This document shows positions 29,488 through 39,774 of a DNA stretch of 64,000 nt, one piece after another (positions within the stretch are counted from its first letter, which is position 1; the number at the start of each line of letters is the position of its first letter). The notes below the pieces were generated by a model that did no database searches, was not told the origin of the DNA, and saw nothing but the letters and a program-made list of their open reading frames with translations. Both the position numbers and the translations under genes were made by a program. Origin of the DNA: an uncultured Clostridia bacterium (GTDB lineage Bacteria; Bacillota; Clostridia; TANB77; CAG-508); assembly GCA_944393505.1 (NCBI GenBank), contig CALYAK010000002.1, forward strand, positions 37,888 to 101,887, read 5' to 3'.

Positions 29488-31707
29488 TTATTTTTTTCTT
29501 TCTTTTTCTAATCCTTTTAATCGAAGTGCATTTAAAATAACCGTAAAGCTACTTAAAATCATCGCAAAACTTGCAATCATTGGATTGATGGTAATTCCAA
29601 ATGGTGTTAAAACTCCCATTGCAATTGGAATCATCAAAGAATTATAGAAAAAAGCCCAGAATAAATTTTGCTTAATATTTTGAATTGTTTTTTTACTAAT
29701 AAAAATTAAATCCACAATACGTTCTAAGTTATTTTGTGTCAAAATCACATCAGCTGAATCCATTGCAATATCCGTACCGCTATTTACACTTACTCCAATA
29801 TCACAACTTGCTAAAGCTGGACTATCGTTGATTCCATCTCCACACATCATAACTACTTTATTTTGTTCTTTTAACGCTTTAATTTTCTTTGCTTTTTCAT
29901 GTGGTAAAACATTGGCAATTACGGTTTGAATTCCAATATTTTGTGCTATTTTTTCAGCTGTTTGTTGATTATCTCCAGTTAGCATAATGGTTTCAATTTT
30001 ATTTTGCTTTAATTCTTGAATCACTTCTTTTGCATTCTCTCTTACGATATCATTTACGCCAATTAAAGCTAAAATCTTTTCTTTTTCTGCTACATAAACT
30101 ACGCTGTGTCCTTGGCTTGTTAATCGATTTTCTTCTTCCTTTTTGTTATTTGCAATTCCATACTGGGCAAGCAATTTTGCATTTCCAATCAAAAACGTTT
30201 TTCCCTCTACTGTTCCTGTAATTCCAAGTCCACTGAATTCTTGAAATTCTTCTACTTCCATCGGTCGTAATTGATGTTCTGCTAAATATTCCGAAAAAGC
30301 TTTTCCGATTGGGTGGGTGGATTGTTTTTCAATGCTTCCGACAATTCGTAAAAGATCGGTTTCCTTCCATTCGGAATCTTTGATTACCTCTGCTATTTTT
30401 AATTTACCATAAGTTAGTGTTCCTGTTTTATCAAACACGATTGTGTTTGTTTTTTGTGCGTTTTCTAAGATTTCACTCTTTTTGACCAAAATACCTTTTT
30501 TCGCACAAACGCCTTCGCTAACTACGATCGCAAGTGGTGTAGCAAGTCCCAAACTGCAAGGACAAGCTACCACTAAAATCGTGACAAATGCATTTAATCC
30601 CATAGAGAAATTTTTTGCAAAAATCCAATAAGCCAAAAAGGTAAGAATGGCAATTCCTATTACAGCTGGTACAAAATAGCCACTTACTTTATCGGCTACT
30701 TTTGCAATTGGAGCTTTGGTTCCAGTTGCTTCAATAACCAATCTTACAATTTCTGATATCGTAGAATCTTTTCCAATTTTTTCTGCTTGATATTCAAAGT
30801 ATCCGTCATAATTGATACTTCCTGCTACCACTTTGTCCCCTTGTTGCTTTTTAGCTGGTTTGCTTTCTCCGGTAATAAAGGACTCATCAATATGCGCACT
30901 TCCTGAAACAATCATTCCATCCACTGCAATTTTTTCTCCTGGTTTACAAACGAGAATATCACCTTTTTCGATTTCATCAATGGTAACAACTTGCTCTTCT
31001 CCATTTACTTTTCGTGTTGCATGATTCGGCGTAATCTGTACTAATTGTTGAATGGCTTCTTTTGTTTTATCTTTACTCATCCCATCAATCATTCTTCCTA
31101 ATTTGATAAAGAAGATGACAATTGCTGCTGATTCAAAATAGAGTAATTCAACGGAATGATGATTACCTTGAAAAATTTCTACCATATGATAAATACTATA
31201 TACCATACTACTTGCTACACCAATGGTTACCAAGGTATCCATGTTTGGTGCTTTATGAATTAAATTCTTCCATCCACTTTTTAAGATATCTCTTCCATAC
31301 CATAAAAAGGCAATCGCTAATCCAGCTAAAACGCAGGTATAGGCAACCGGATTTTGATGCATATCTAAACCAGGTATGGTTGGAAGTCCAATCATATGTC
31401 CCATGGAAACATACATTAGAAGAATTGCAAGGATCAAAAAGAAAAAGAAGGTTCTCTTTTCTTTTTGATATTTCTTCTTCTCTCCTTTTTCTTCATAAAT
31501 TCCCAAACTTTCAAATCCAGCTTCTTGAACAAATTTTTCTAGCTTTTCTTGATCAAGGATTGATTCATCATATTCAATCAAAGCATTTGCCATGACAAGA
31601 TTAACCGAAGCATTTTGAACTCCATTTTGCTTTAATAAATATTTCTCTAGTCCGTTGGAACAAGCACTACAACTCATTCCTCCAATGGCTAAAACGATTT
31701 TTTTCAT
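29488..31707 (-). CDS. copA: copper-translocating P1B-type ATPase
   Basis: 739 aa. N-terminal HMA domain GMSCSACS, TM CPC motif (ACPCSLGLATP), DKTGTLT phosphorylation site, GDGINDSPAL. Confidence 0.9.
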   Translation of the reverse strand: MKKIVLAIGGMSCSACSNGLEKYLLKQNGVQNASVNLVMANALIEYDESILDQEKLEKFVQEAGFESLGIYEEKGEKKKYQKEKRTFFFFLILAILLMYVSMGHMIGLPTIPGLDMHQNPVAYTCVLAGLAIAFLWYGRDILKSGWKNLIHKAPNMDTLVTIGVASSMVYSIYHMVEIFQGNHHSVELLYFESAAIVIFFIKLGRMIDGMSKDKTKEAIQQLVQITPNHATRKVNGEEQVVTIDEIEKGDILVCKPGEKIAVDGMIVSGSAHIDESFITGESKPAKKQQGDKVVAGSINYDGYFEYQAEKIGKDSTISEIVRLVIEATGTKAPIAKVADKVSGYFVPAVIGIAILTFLAYWIFAKNFSMGLNAFVTILVVACPCSLGLATPLAIVVSEGVCAKKGILVKKSEILENAQKTNTIVFDKTGTLTYGKLKIAEVIKDSEWKETDLLRIVGSIEKQSTHPIGKAFSEYLAEHQLRPMEVEEFQEFSGLGITGTVEGKTFLIGNAKLLAQYGIANNKKEEENRLTSQGHSVVYVAEKEKILALIGVNDIVRENAKEVIQELKQNKIETIMLTGDNQQTAEKIAQNIGIQTVIANVLPHEKAKKIKALKEQNKVVMMCGDGINDSPALASCDIGVSVNSGTDIAMDSADVILTQNNLERIVDLIFISKKTIQNIKQNLFWAFFYNSLMIPIAMGVLTPFGITINPMIASFAMILSSFTVILNALRLKGLEKERKK

Positions 31708-31709
31708 TT

Positions 31710-31919
31710 TTATCCTTCCTTTACTCGGAATCCTAAATTTTCAATTTTTCTTTTTATCTCTTCGTAGTCCATTTCTTCTTTTGCTGAAATTAAAACTGTA
31801 CCTTTGGTATGATCTGCCTTCACTGTTTCGATTCCAGCTTGATTCATGAGTGCTTTTTCAATTCTGTTTTCACACCCACTACACATCATCCCTTCTACTT
31901 TTAATATCTTTTCTTTCAT
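31710..31919 (-). CDS. copZ: copper chaperone CopZ (HMA domain)
   Basis: 69 aa. GMMCSGCE metal-binding motif. Confidence 0.85.
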   Translation of the reverse strand: MKEKILKVEGMMCSGCENRIEKALMNQAGIETVKADHTKGTVLISAKEEMDYEEIKRKIENLGFRVKEG

Positions 31920-32368
31920 TCCTTTTCTCCACCTTCTTTCTTTTCTTTTTGATATTCTTGATATAATTTTTCATATTTTTCACTAAACTCCGGTGCTACC
32001 TTTTTTAAGTTAATTGGTTTTAAATTTCGATCTGTAAAACAATGCTTCGTTTCACCAGTTAAAACTGTTTTTTTCGTTTTTTTATCAATTACTTCATATC
32101 CAACTGTCATACGTACTCCCGTATATTCTTTGATCGATACATAGATTTGAATGGTATCGTCAAATGTCACATGATACTGATAACGACAGTTTACCCCTAA
32201 TACAGGAATGGTAATCCCTTTTTCTTCAAAAAGTGAAAATGGCATTTGAAGCTCTTCCAACCAAAAACAACGTGCTTCTTCTAAATATCGAATATAGTTA
32301 GAATGATGTACAACTCCCATACGATCCGTTTCATAATAATTAATTCTTCTTTCAAATAAATAACTCAT
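31916..32368 (-). CDS. hotdog-fold acyl-CoA thioesterase (YbgC/4HBT-like)
   Basis: 150 aa. NYYETDRMGVVHHSNYIRYLEEAR N-terminal motif of the 4HBT family. Confidence 0.7.
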   Translation of the reverse strand: MSYLFERRINYYETDRMGVVHHSNYIRYLEEARCFWLEELQMPFSLFEEKGITIPVLGVNCRYQYHVTFDDTIQIYVSIKEYTGVRMTVGYEVIDKKTKKTVLTGETKHCFTDRNLKPINLKKVAPEFSEKYEKLYQEYQKEKKEGGEKE

Positions 32369-32379
32369 TTTTTCCTCCT

Positions 32380-32709
32380 TTATGCTTGATGGAATCTTTT
32401 AAATAAACTGGTTAATTCATCCATCACTTCTAAATTTCCTTTTTCTAAATCATTTGCAACACAAGTATATAAATGATTTTCTAAAATATGGTTTGATAGA
32501 CTTTGTACAGAATGTTCAATCGCAGATAATTGCATCAAAACATCATTACAATAACGGTCTTCTTGGATCATTCTTTTAATTCCTTTAATTTGTCCTTCAA
32601 TTCGATTTAATCGATTCGTAATTTTCTTTTTTTCTTCTTGTGTGCGATAAGTTCTTTTTTCTATTTTCTGACAACATTTCTTTTCTTCCATTTTGATCAC
32701 CTGCTTCAT
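32380..32709 (-). CDS. csoR: CsoR-family metal-sensing repressor
   Basis: 109 aa. RLNRIEGQIKGIKRMIQEDRYCNDVLMQLSAIEHS with the Cys...His...Cys (C-H-C) ligand pattern of CsoR/RcnR. Confidence 0.8.
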   Translation of the reverse strand: MKQVIKMEEKKCCQKIEKRTYRTQEEKKKITNRLNRIEGQIKGIKRMIQEDRYCNDVLMQLSAIEHSVQSLSNHILENHLYTCVANDLEKGNLEVMDELTSLFKRFHQA

Positions 32710-32711
32710 TA

Positions 32712-32756
32712 TATACCCCTTCCCCGTATTTGTAAAGAGAGGGGTATCTGGATCTT
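32712..32756 (-). promoter_or_regulatory. GC-rich inverted repeat upstream of csoR (candidate CsoR operator)
   Basis: ATACCCCT ... AGGGGTAT arms within tatacccc-ttccccgtatttgtaaagag-aggggtatc, in an otherwise AT-rich intergenic region. CsoR operators are typically G/C-tract pseudo-palindromes. Confidence 0.35.
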
Positions 32757-32835
32757 TTCTCTGATCTTACAGTACTTTCATTATCTTTCACACAAAAAAA
32801 GAAGACACAATTTTTGTATCCTCTTTTTTACTTTC

Positions 32836-35800
32836 CTATTCAATGCTTTTTAAAGAATCAATCATATTAATTTTCTTCATTGCAAAATGAGATGCAAAGT
32901 TAGTAATCACTGCAAACGTTAAGATAATAATCATCGTATAAACATAACTAATTGGTTCAATTACTTTCGGGAAAATCATTTGTTCTCTTTCTGCCACGGT
33001 TAAAACAAAAGTCGATAATAAAGTGCCAACAATTAATCCCAGTCCCATCCCTAAAAGTGTTAAGAAAATCATTTCTCGATTTACATACTGATCAATTTCT
33101 CGGTTATAGAATCCCAGAACTTTTAGGGTTGCTAATTCTCTTTGTCTTTCACTAATATTGATATTGGATAAGTTATATAAAACTAATAAAGCAAGACCTC
33201 CTGATAGCAAGATTAATGCTGCAATTACGAAATTCAAGCTACCAAAATTAACGTTCATATCGGAAACATATTGAACAGAAGATACTCGATAATCTTTTAA
33301 AATTTCCTCTCCTAATTTTTCTTCTGTTGCTTTTTCGAAATCTTGTGTTTTAACAAATAGAATATTTTCTTTTAATTCTGTTTCAAAAATTTCTTCATAT
33401 AAACTTTGTCTCATGTAGATATAATTCGAAATATATTGTCTCGTAATTCCTCCAATGGTTACTTCTTTTTCGATATCTTCGTCATTTCGAATTTTGATTT
33501 TATCTCCTACTTTTACCTCTAAAACATCCGCTATTTTTTCCGTTAAAATAACGGTATCTGAACCCAACTGAACTGGTTCTTTTGTTTTTTCATCCCTTAA
33601 GTCAATATAGGAGCCAATATCAGCTTCGTCGCTTACCACTGTTAACTGAATTTCTCTTTGAATCGTATCATTTGCAATCGTAACATTTTGCATATTGGCA
33701 GGTAACGCGGCAGTAATTTCTTCTCTTTGTTCCAATTGTTGTAATAAACCATCCTGTTCTTCTTGAGTTAGGGTATCTTTTAAGCCAAAGATCATTTGAT
33801 ACTGATAAATCTCTTGAAATTGAATTGTAGGTAGTGCAGCAATACTATCTTTTGCACCATAGCCAACCAAAAGCAAACTCGTTGCACCGCAGATTCCGAT
33901 AATTGCCATTAAAAAGCGTTTCTTGTAGCGGAAAATGTTACGAACTGTCACCTTTTGGATAAAGGATAAATGTTTCCATAAAAATGTGATTCTTTCTAGT
34001 AATACACGTTTTCCTGGTTTTGGCGCTTCTGGTCGCATCAGTTCAGCCGGCGAATCTTTTAAAGTTCGAAAACTTGCGTAAATTGCTCCTCCTACAATAC
34101 AGATAACCGATAAGATAAATCCAACAATTGCAATTTGCCAATCTAACACAATTGGAGATTTTGGAATCGAATATCCTTCTAAACAAGCCGAAATAATAAT
34201 TGGAAGAATGACATAAAATCCAACAAAAATTCCAATTGTATTTCCTAACACACTGGCCTCTGTTGCATATAAAATATACTTTTGAGCAATTTTCATCTTT
34301 CCGTATCCAAGTGCCTTTCTGGTACCAATTTGTGTTCTTTCTTCATCGATCATTCTCGTCATTGAAGTTAAACTCATAAGTGTCGCTACACCAAAAAAGA
34401 TAATGGGAAATACTCGACTAATATTATCAATACTTTTTGCTTCCTGTACCAGTTCGTTATAGCCTTGTAGAATATCTTCACGATCTTGGATATACCATTT
34501 AGGAAATTCGATATCTTGAATTTTTTCTTTTGCATCATTTAATTTTTCTTGTGCCTCTGCAATTTTTTCTTCAAATTCTGCTTTTTGTTCTTCTAACTCT
34601 TTTCTTCCATCCTCAATTTCTGTCTTGCCATTTTCAATTTCTTTTTTGGCTTTTTCTAATTGTTGATTGGTTGTTGTCTTTTGTGTCTGAAGTTCTTTTT
34701 GAGCACTTTCTAATTGATTTTTTCCATCCGTTAATTCTTTTTGCACTTGTGTAATGGTATTCTCAGCTGTCTGAATTCCGGCATCAATTTGAGCAATGCC
34801 TTCTTCTAATTGCTTAATTTGAGTTTCTAGCGTTGGTTTTATCTCCTCTGTTGCTGTTTCATAACTTGCTTTTAACTCAGTTAACTGTTTTTGCATCGTT
34901 TCTCGATTGGTTTCCATTTGGGCAATCTGTGCTTCAGCTTCTTCGATTCCCTTTTCTGCTTCCTGTTTTTGTTCTTCGTATTCTTCTTGTTTTTCTGTTA
35001 ATGTTGTTTCTGCCTTTTTCAATTCTACGTTAGCTTGATTCGTATTGGTCTTTAAGTCTTTTTCTGCTTGCGCTATTTCATCCTCTGCATCTGTTAAATC
35101 CTTTTCTGCCTTAGCAATTTCGGTTTCTGCTTTTTCCTTTTCCTCGTCCAATTCAGCTTGTGCATCATTTAATTTTGTCGTTGCTTCTTGAATCAAATCA
35201 TCATAACGAATCTGTTTTCTTTCTCCTGCAATTGCTTCTATTTGGTCTTTCGCTTGCTCAATTTTTTCATCATAGGCATCTGTTCCAATTAATTCCTTTT
35301 CTGCACCATCTATCAAAACACAAATTGAAGTTGCTAGATCAGAATCGATATTGTCTGCATGGATTGAAATAAAATATTCTACTTTTCCGTGCACCTAATG
35401 TAGAAGTTCCTTTTTCTTCGGTAATCGCTAATGGAGATTGACTAATTCCGGTAACTTTTAAATTAGTCTGAACTAATACTTGTTCTTCTTCTTCCTCTTC
35501 CGCATCTTCTTTTATCTGAATTTGATCTCCTATTTTCACTTCCAAATCTTTCGCCATATCTTGATCAATCACACATTCATCAATTGCAGAAGGCAAAGTT
35601 CCTTCAATTAATTCAAATTGTTTCTTATCTGGTAAAACTTGCGATACTTTTACAACATGTTGTGTATCTCCTGTTTCTAAATAGGCATCCAACTCATAAA
35701 TTCCATAAGCTTCTTTTACTTGATCAAGATTTTGAATTGCTTCCAAATCCTCTTTTGTCATTCCTAAAGTTGATGATAACTTTAAATCAAAAACCGGATA

Positions 35801-35959
35801 AATATCATAATAGCTTTTTAATTGATGAAGCATATTATTTCCACTTGCACGAATTCCCACAAAAACACCAGTACCAAGCATTGCCATTAAAACAATGGAT
35901 AAAAATCGTTTCCATGTTTTTCGAATTGTTCGAATTCGATCTTTTGAAATAGCTTTCAT
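32836..35959 (-). pseudogene. MacB/FtsX-type ABC transporter permease with very large coiled-coil extracytoplasmic domain, interrupted by a frameshift
   Basis: ORFs 35339..35959 (206 aa: N-terminal TM plus start of ectodomain) and 32836..35394 (852 aa: ~300-aa E/K/Q-rich coiled-coil, FtsX 4-TM bundle, second ectodomain, second FtsX bundle) are collinear. They overlap by about 55 nt in different frames, so a single-nucleotide indel is required to join them. Confidence 0.6.
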
Positions 35960-36661
35960 CTACCACTCAATCCTTTCTACTGGAGTAGGGTTTGGATTTT
36001 TTCGAATATCGGATACTTTTCCATTTTTAAAAGAAATCACTTGATCTGCCATTTCTGCAATTGCTGTGTTATGGGTAATGATAATTACCGTAATTTTCTT
36101 TTCTCGACAAGTATCTTGTAACAATTTTAAAATCTGTTTTCCGGTGTTATAGTCCAGCGCACCGGTTGGCTCATCACATAACAGAATTTTTGGATTTTTA
36201 GCAATTGCTCTTGCAATGGAAACTCTTTGTTGTTCTCCTCCTGACAACTGAGATGGGAAGTTGTTTTTTCTTTCTTTTAAGCCAACATCTTCCAAAACTT
36301 GATCCGGGTCTAATGGATTTTTACAAATTTGAAGTGCTAATTCTACATTTTCTTTTGCTGTTAAATTTTGAACCAAATTATAGAATTGAAAAACAAATCC
36401 GATATCATCTCTTCTGTATTTTACAAGTTCTTTTTCCTTTAGTTTGGTAATATCCTTTCCATCTACCTTTGCCGTACCGCTTGATACTCGATCCATTCCT
36501 CCTAATATGTTCAATGTCGTTGTTTTTCCAGCACCGCTTGGCCCAACAATTACAGTAAGTTCTCCTTTTTCTATTGAAAAATTTGTATCATCCAGTGCTT
36601 GGATAATCACTTCTCCCATTTTATATTCTTTTTTTACATTTTTAAATTCAATATAGGACAT
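35960..36661 (-). CDS. ABC transporter ATP-binding protein (MacB/LolD-like)
   Basis: 233 aa. Walker [10 protein letters not shown], signature [14 protein letters not shown], Walker [13 protein letters not shown]. Confidence 0.9.
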   Translation of the reverse strand: MSYIEFKNVKKEYKMGEVIIQALDDTNFSIEKGELTVIVGPSGAGKTTTLNILGGMDRVSSGTAKVDGKDITKLKEKELVKYRRDDIGFVFQFYNLVQNLTAKENVELALQICKNPLDPDQVLEDVGLKERKNNFPSQLSGGEQQRVSIARAIAKNPKILLCDEPTGALDYNTGKQILKLLQDTCREKKITVIIITHNTAIAEMADQVISFKNGKVSDIRKNPNPTPVERIEW

Positions 36662-36813
36662 TTTTTCTCCTTTTTTTCATACATGTTGTTGAATATTTAT
36701 CGTTTTATTTATTATAATATACTTGTTAAGCAGAAACAATCATCAATTCTTTTTTCAGTGTAAAATATCCAACATTTTTCAAGAAAAGTGTTGAATAAAA
36801 TGGAGGGGGATAT

Positions 36814-37401
36814 ATGGCTAAATCAACTTTAGATCGAAGAACGAAATATACAAAAATGGTTCTTCAAAATAGTCTTTTTGAATTATTAAAACAAAAATCA
36901 ATTGATAAAATCACGGTTACCGATATTTGTCATTTGGCAGATATTAATCGAGGTACTTTTTATTACTATTACACAGATGTTTTTGTTCTGCTAAATCAAA
37001 TTGAAAATGAATTATATGAAAATTTTCTTGTTTACTTTAATCAATATTTAGAATCTTCGGAGCGTAATACCTATCTTTTAATGATCAAGCTTTTCGAATA
37101 TTTAAAACAAGAAAAGAAAATTTTCAAAGTCTTTTTTTCACAAAATGGAGATAAAGATTTTATTAAACGTGTTTATCTAACCGCTTATACCAGTGTCATT
37201 GAAGAGTGGAAATCACAAAAAACAAATCTAGATCCACAGCAATTAGATAAAATTTTTCTTTTTGTTGCTAATGGTTCTATCAGTTTAATTCAAAATTGGT
37301 TTGATACCAGTTTAAAAGAAAGTCCAGAAGAACTTGCTAGTTTTATCAATAATTTGAGTGAATTTGGCTATCATCATTTTTTAAAAAAGGAAAAAAACTA
37401 A
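36814..37401 (+). CDS. TetR/AcrR-family transcriptional regulator
   Basis: 195 aa. N-terminal HTH (ITVTDICHLADINRGTFYYYY) typical of TetR family. Confidence 0.75.
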   Translation: MAKSTLDRRTKYTKMVLQNSLFELLKQKSIDKITVTDICHLADINRGTFYYYYTDVFVLLNQIENELYENFLVYFNQYLESSERNTYLLMIKLFEYLKQEKKIFKVFFSQNGDKDFIKRVYLTAYTSVIEEWKSQKTNLDPQQLDKIFLFVANGSISLIQNWFDTSLKESPEELASFINNLSEFGYHHFLKKEKN

Positions 37402-37457
37402 ACACAAGCCAAACAAAAAGTGCAAATTTTCTTTGCACTTTTAATTTTATCTTCAAT

Positions 37458-37889
37458 TCATCCATTTTTTCTTTTCCAAATCATTTGATATTCTTTCTCT
37501 CCAGTTTGCTCATCAATTCCCTCTTGTATGATTTCAAATCCTTCCCTTTGATAAAATTGAATGGCTCTTGGATTTTTTTGATAAACATTTAAAATGAGCT
37601 TGGTTCGTTTCTGCTTACAAAAATCCAATAATTGTTTACCAATTCCTTGTGATTGATTTTCGGCACGTACAAAAATACCTGCTATGTTTTCTTGCTCTAA
37701 GCCAATGAAGCCTAAAATTTTTCCTTTCTCTTGGAAGATATATACTTCTGCTTCTAACATAGCTTTCTTGACATCCAAGAGATTTTGTTTCCAATAGGAA
37801 TCTGGTATAAAAAAGTGTGCCGTGATATTATTCGAAAGCCAGATATCTCCCACTTCTTCTATATCGTTTTGCTCTAATCTTGCGATCAT
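37458..37889 (-). CDS. GNAT family acetyltransferase
   Basis: 143 aa. QSQGIGKQLL acetyl-CoA motif. Confidence 0.7.
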   Translation of the reverse strand: MIARLEQNDIEEVGDIWLSNNITAHFFIPDSYWKQNLLDVKKAMLEAEVYIFQEKGKILGFIGLEQENIAGIFVRAENQSQGIGKQLLDFCKQKRTKLILNVYQKNPRAIQFYQREGFEIIQEGIDEQTGEKEYQMIWKRKNG

Positions 37890-37890
37890 T

Positions 37891-38223
37891 TTATCCTTCC
37901 TTATTTTGATATTTCTCTGGTAAAATTCGAATATTTTGGATCATATCTCCATTAATCAATTGCACTTCTTTTTTATTCTCTACTTTGATCCAATTTTCCT
38001 CCACTGCTATGATCTTACCAGTTACTCCAAATGAATCATTCAACATGGTAATTGAACAAACCTTTCCGATAAATTCTTGGATTAATTCTTTTGGCATTTT
38101 TCTTTTTCCCCCTTTTCTTTCTTTTTTCCTTTTTTGAATTTGATAAATCATTCTATGTTCTCTTGGATAAATCACCAAAAACAGAATGATCAAAATTAGC
38201 CATACCCCTTCGATTTTTCTCAC
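37891..38223 (-). CDS. hypothetical small protein
   Basis: 110-aa ORF. The N-terminal hydrophobic/K-rich part may be 5' over-extension; the real start is possibly MPKELIQEF. Confidence 0.3.
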   Translation of the reverse strand: MRKIEGVWLILIILFLVIYPREHRMIYQIQKRKKERKGGKRKMPKELIQEFIGKVCSITMLNDSFGVTGKIIAVEENWIKVENKKEVQLINGDMIQNIRILPEKYQNKEG

Positions 38224-38228
38224 CTCTT

Positions 38229-38792
38229 CTATTCCATTTCTCGTTCAATCTTTCGAACTACTTTACATGGATTTCCTACTGCAACTACTCCTGCTGGAAT
38301 GTCTTTTGTTACAACACTTCCTGCTCCAATGACACTATCATCTCCAATTGTTACACCTGGAAGAACAACCGTGTTTCCTCCAATCCATACACGATTTCCG
38401 ATTCGAATTGGTTTCGCATATTCCAGACCTGCTTTTCTTAATTCTGGTTCCAGTGGATGCCCTGCTGTATAGAAACTACAATTGGGAGCAATTAATACAT
38501 CATCTCCAAAGATAACTTTGTTACCATCTAAAATGGTTAAATGATGGTTCGCATAAAAGTTTTCTCCAATTTCAATATTAAAACCATAATCACAAATAAA
38601 TGGCTGTTCAATTAAAAATGTTGTTCCAACTCGTCCAAAAAGTTTTCGAATCAATTGCCTTCTTTCTTCTTTTTTGGATGGATTTAGCTGGTTATATGCA
38701 TGGCATAATTCTTTTGCATTCATTAATTCTTCTTTCAAGGGTTGATCCAATGTATATAACTCTCCTGCTAACATTTTTTCTTTTTCTGTCAT
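38229..38792 (-). CDS. sugar O-acetyltransferase (maltose/galactoside acetyltransferase, hexapeptide-repeat)
   Basis: 187 aa. Left-handed beta-helix repeats and the conserved C-terminus GNPCKVVRKI of Maa/LacA. Confidence 0.8.
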   Translation of the reverse strand: MTEKEKMLAGELYTLDQPLKEELMNAKELCHAYNQLNPSKKEERRQLIRKLFGRVGTTFLIEQPFICDYGFNIEIGENFYANHHLTILDGNKVIFGDDVLIAPNCSFYTAGHPLEPELRKAGLEYAKPIRIGNRVWIGGNTVVLPGVTIGDDSVIGAGSVVTKDIPAGVVAVGNPCKVVRKIEREME

Positions 38793-38999
38793 TCTTTCTT
38801 CTCCTTATGAGCAATTTTCTCTTCTTTATTCTACTACATAACAAAAGGATAATCCACTAAATCTTTTATTTTTTCTAAAGAAAAAGTACCATTTGAAAAT
38901 TTTCAAACCGTACTTTTCTTTCTGATCAAATTTGATTTACAAAAGGAGGCAGAAATCAGTATACTCATTCTTTTCTAGCTATTTTTTGTTTCTTGTTTG

Positions 39000-39689
39000 C
39001 TAGTCAATCGTTGTTGAAGTACGCCCAGTTCCTACAACATCTTCTTGCAAAGAACGCCAAGTATTGCATCCAATAATTCCATCTACGCCAAGTCTTCTAC
39101 TTCTTTGGTAACTTTTCACTGCTTCGGTTGTTTGCTTTCCGAAAATACCGTCTAAACCACCAGTACGATATCCTAACGTATTCAAATCATCTTGTGCAAT
39201 TAAAACATAAGCTCCTCTTGAACCTTCACGGATCAATGGATATCCTCCACTTGAACAAGCTGGTGTTCCTCTTCTTCGGTCAAAGTGTACCCAAGTAGGT
39301 GTTAAATTCGCTGGTTCAACATAGCCCCATACTCCAGAGGAGACTGCACTTCTTCGCAAAGCATCTCTTTCTGCATTGGATAATCTCTGTCCTACATCAA
39401 AAGCTACTCCCGCATAATGTTGGGATTGTGATCCATGACCCCCTTCATAAGGTCTCTTGAATGCATATCCTACTGGAATTGGCTTTCCATATAGATATCT
39501 TTGGGTATTCCATGCCTGCATTGCTCTTTTTTCAGTCCACAAGGTATTACTCTTACTGGATCCTCGAAATTCTCGAACCTTTAATGTTCCATTTGTATTA
39601 TATGGCATAGACTCCGATTCTCCTCGATAGTATGTCTCCATTCGATCAGTATCGTTATTATATACGATAATCTTTGCCATTCCTTTCAC
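39000..39689 (-). CDS. peptidase M15 (VanY/D-Ala-D-Ala carboxypeptidase-like) with C-terminal peptidoglycan-binding domain
   Basis: 229 aa. SQHYAGVAFDVG (SxHxxGxAxD M15 motif). C-terminal PG_binding_1-like repeat (LGYRTGGLDGIFGKQTTEAVKSYQRSRRLGVDGIIG). Clearly higher GC than its neighbours. Confidence 0.6.
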   Translation of the reverse strand: MKGMAKIIVYNNDTDRMETYYRGESESMPYNTNGTLKVREFRGSSKSNTLWTEKRAMQAWNTQRYLYGKPIPVGYAFKRPYEGGHGSQSQHYAGVAFDVGQRLSNAERDALRRSAVSSGVWGYVEPANLTPTWVHFDRRRGTPACSSGGYPLIREGSRGAYVLIAQDDLNTLGYRTGGLDGIFGKQTTEAVKSYQRSRRLGVDGIIGCNTWRSLQEDVVGTGRTSTTID

Positions 39690-39774
39690 CCCCTCTTTCT
39701 ATCATATGTAAAAAAGGAGAAACAGTGTCAAAAAAAGGCTACACAATCTAATTCGATTGGTAACCTCTTTTCTT

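Noticed and set aside
32597-32791. 64-aa minus-strand ORF overlapping the csoR 5' end and promoter
   Set aside because: It lies out of frame with csoR and over the GC-rich operator-like repeat, and has no RBS or sensible composition. Most likely spurious.
39000-39689. Prophage remnant around the M15/PG-binding peptidase
   Set aside because: No other phage-like genes (capsid, terminase, integrase, holin) flank it; neighbours are metK and a sugar acetyltransferase. Only an isolated, compositionally foreign lysin-like gene can be claimed.
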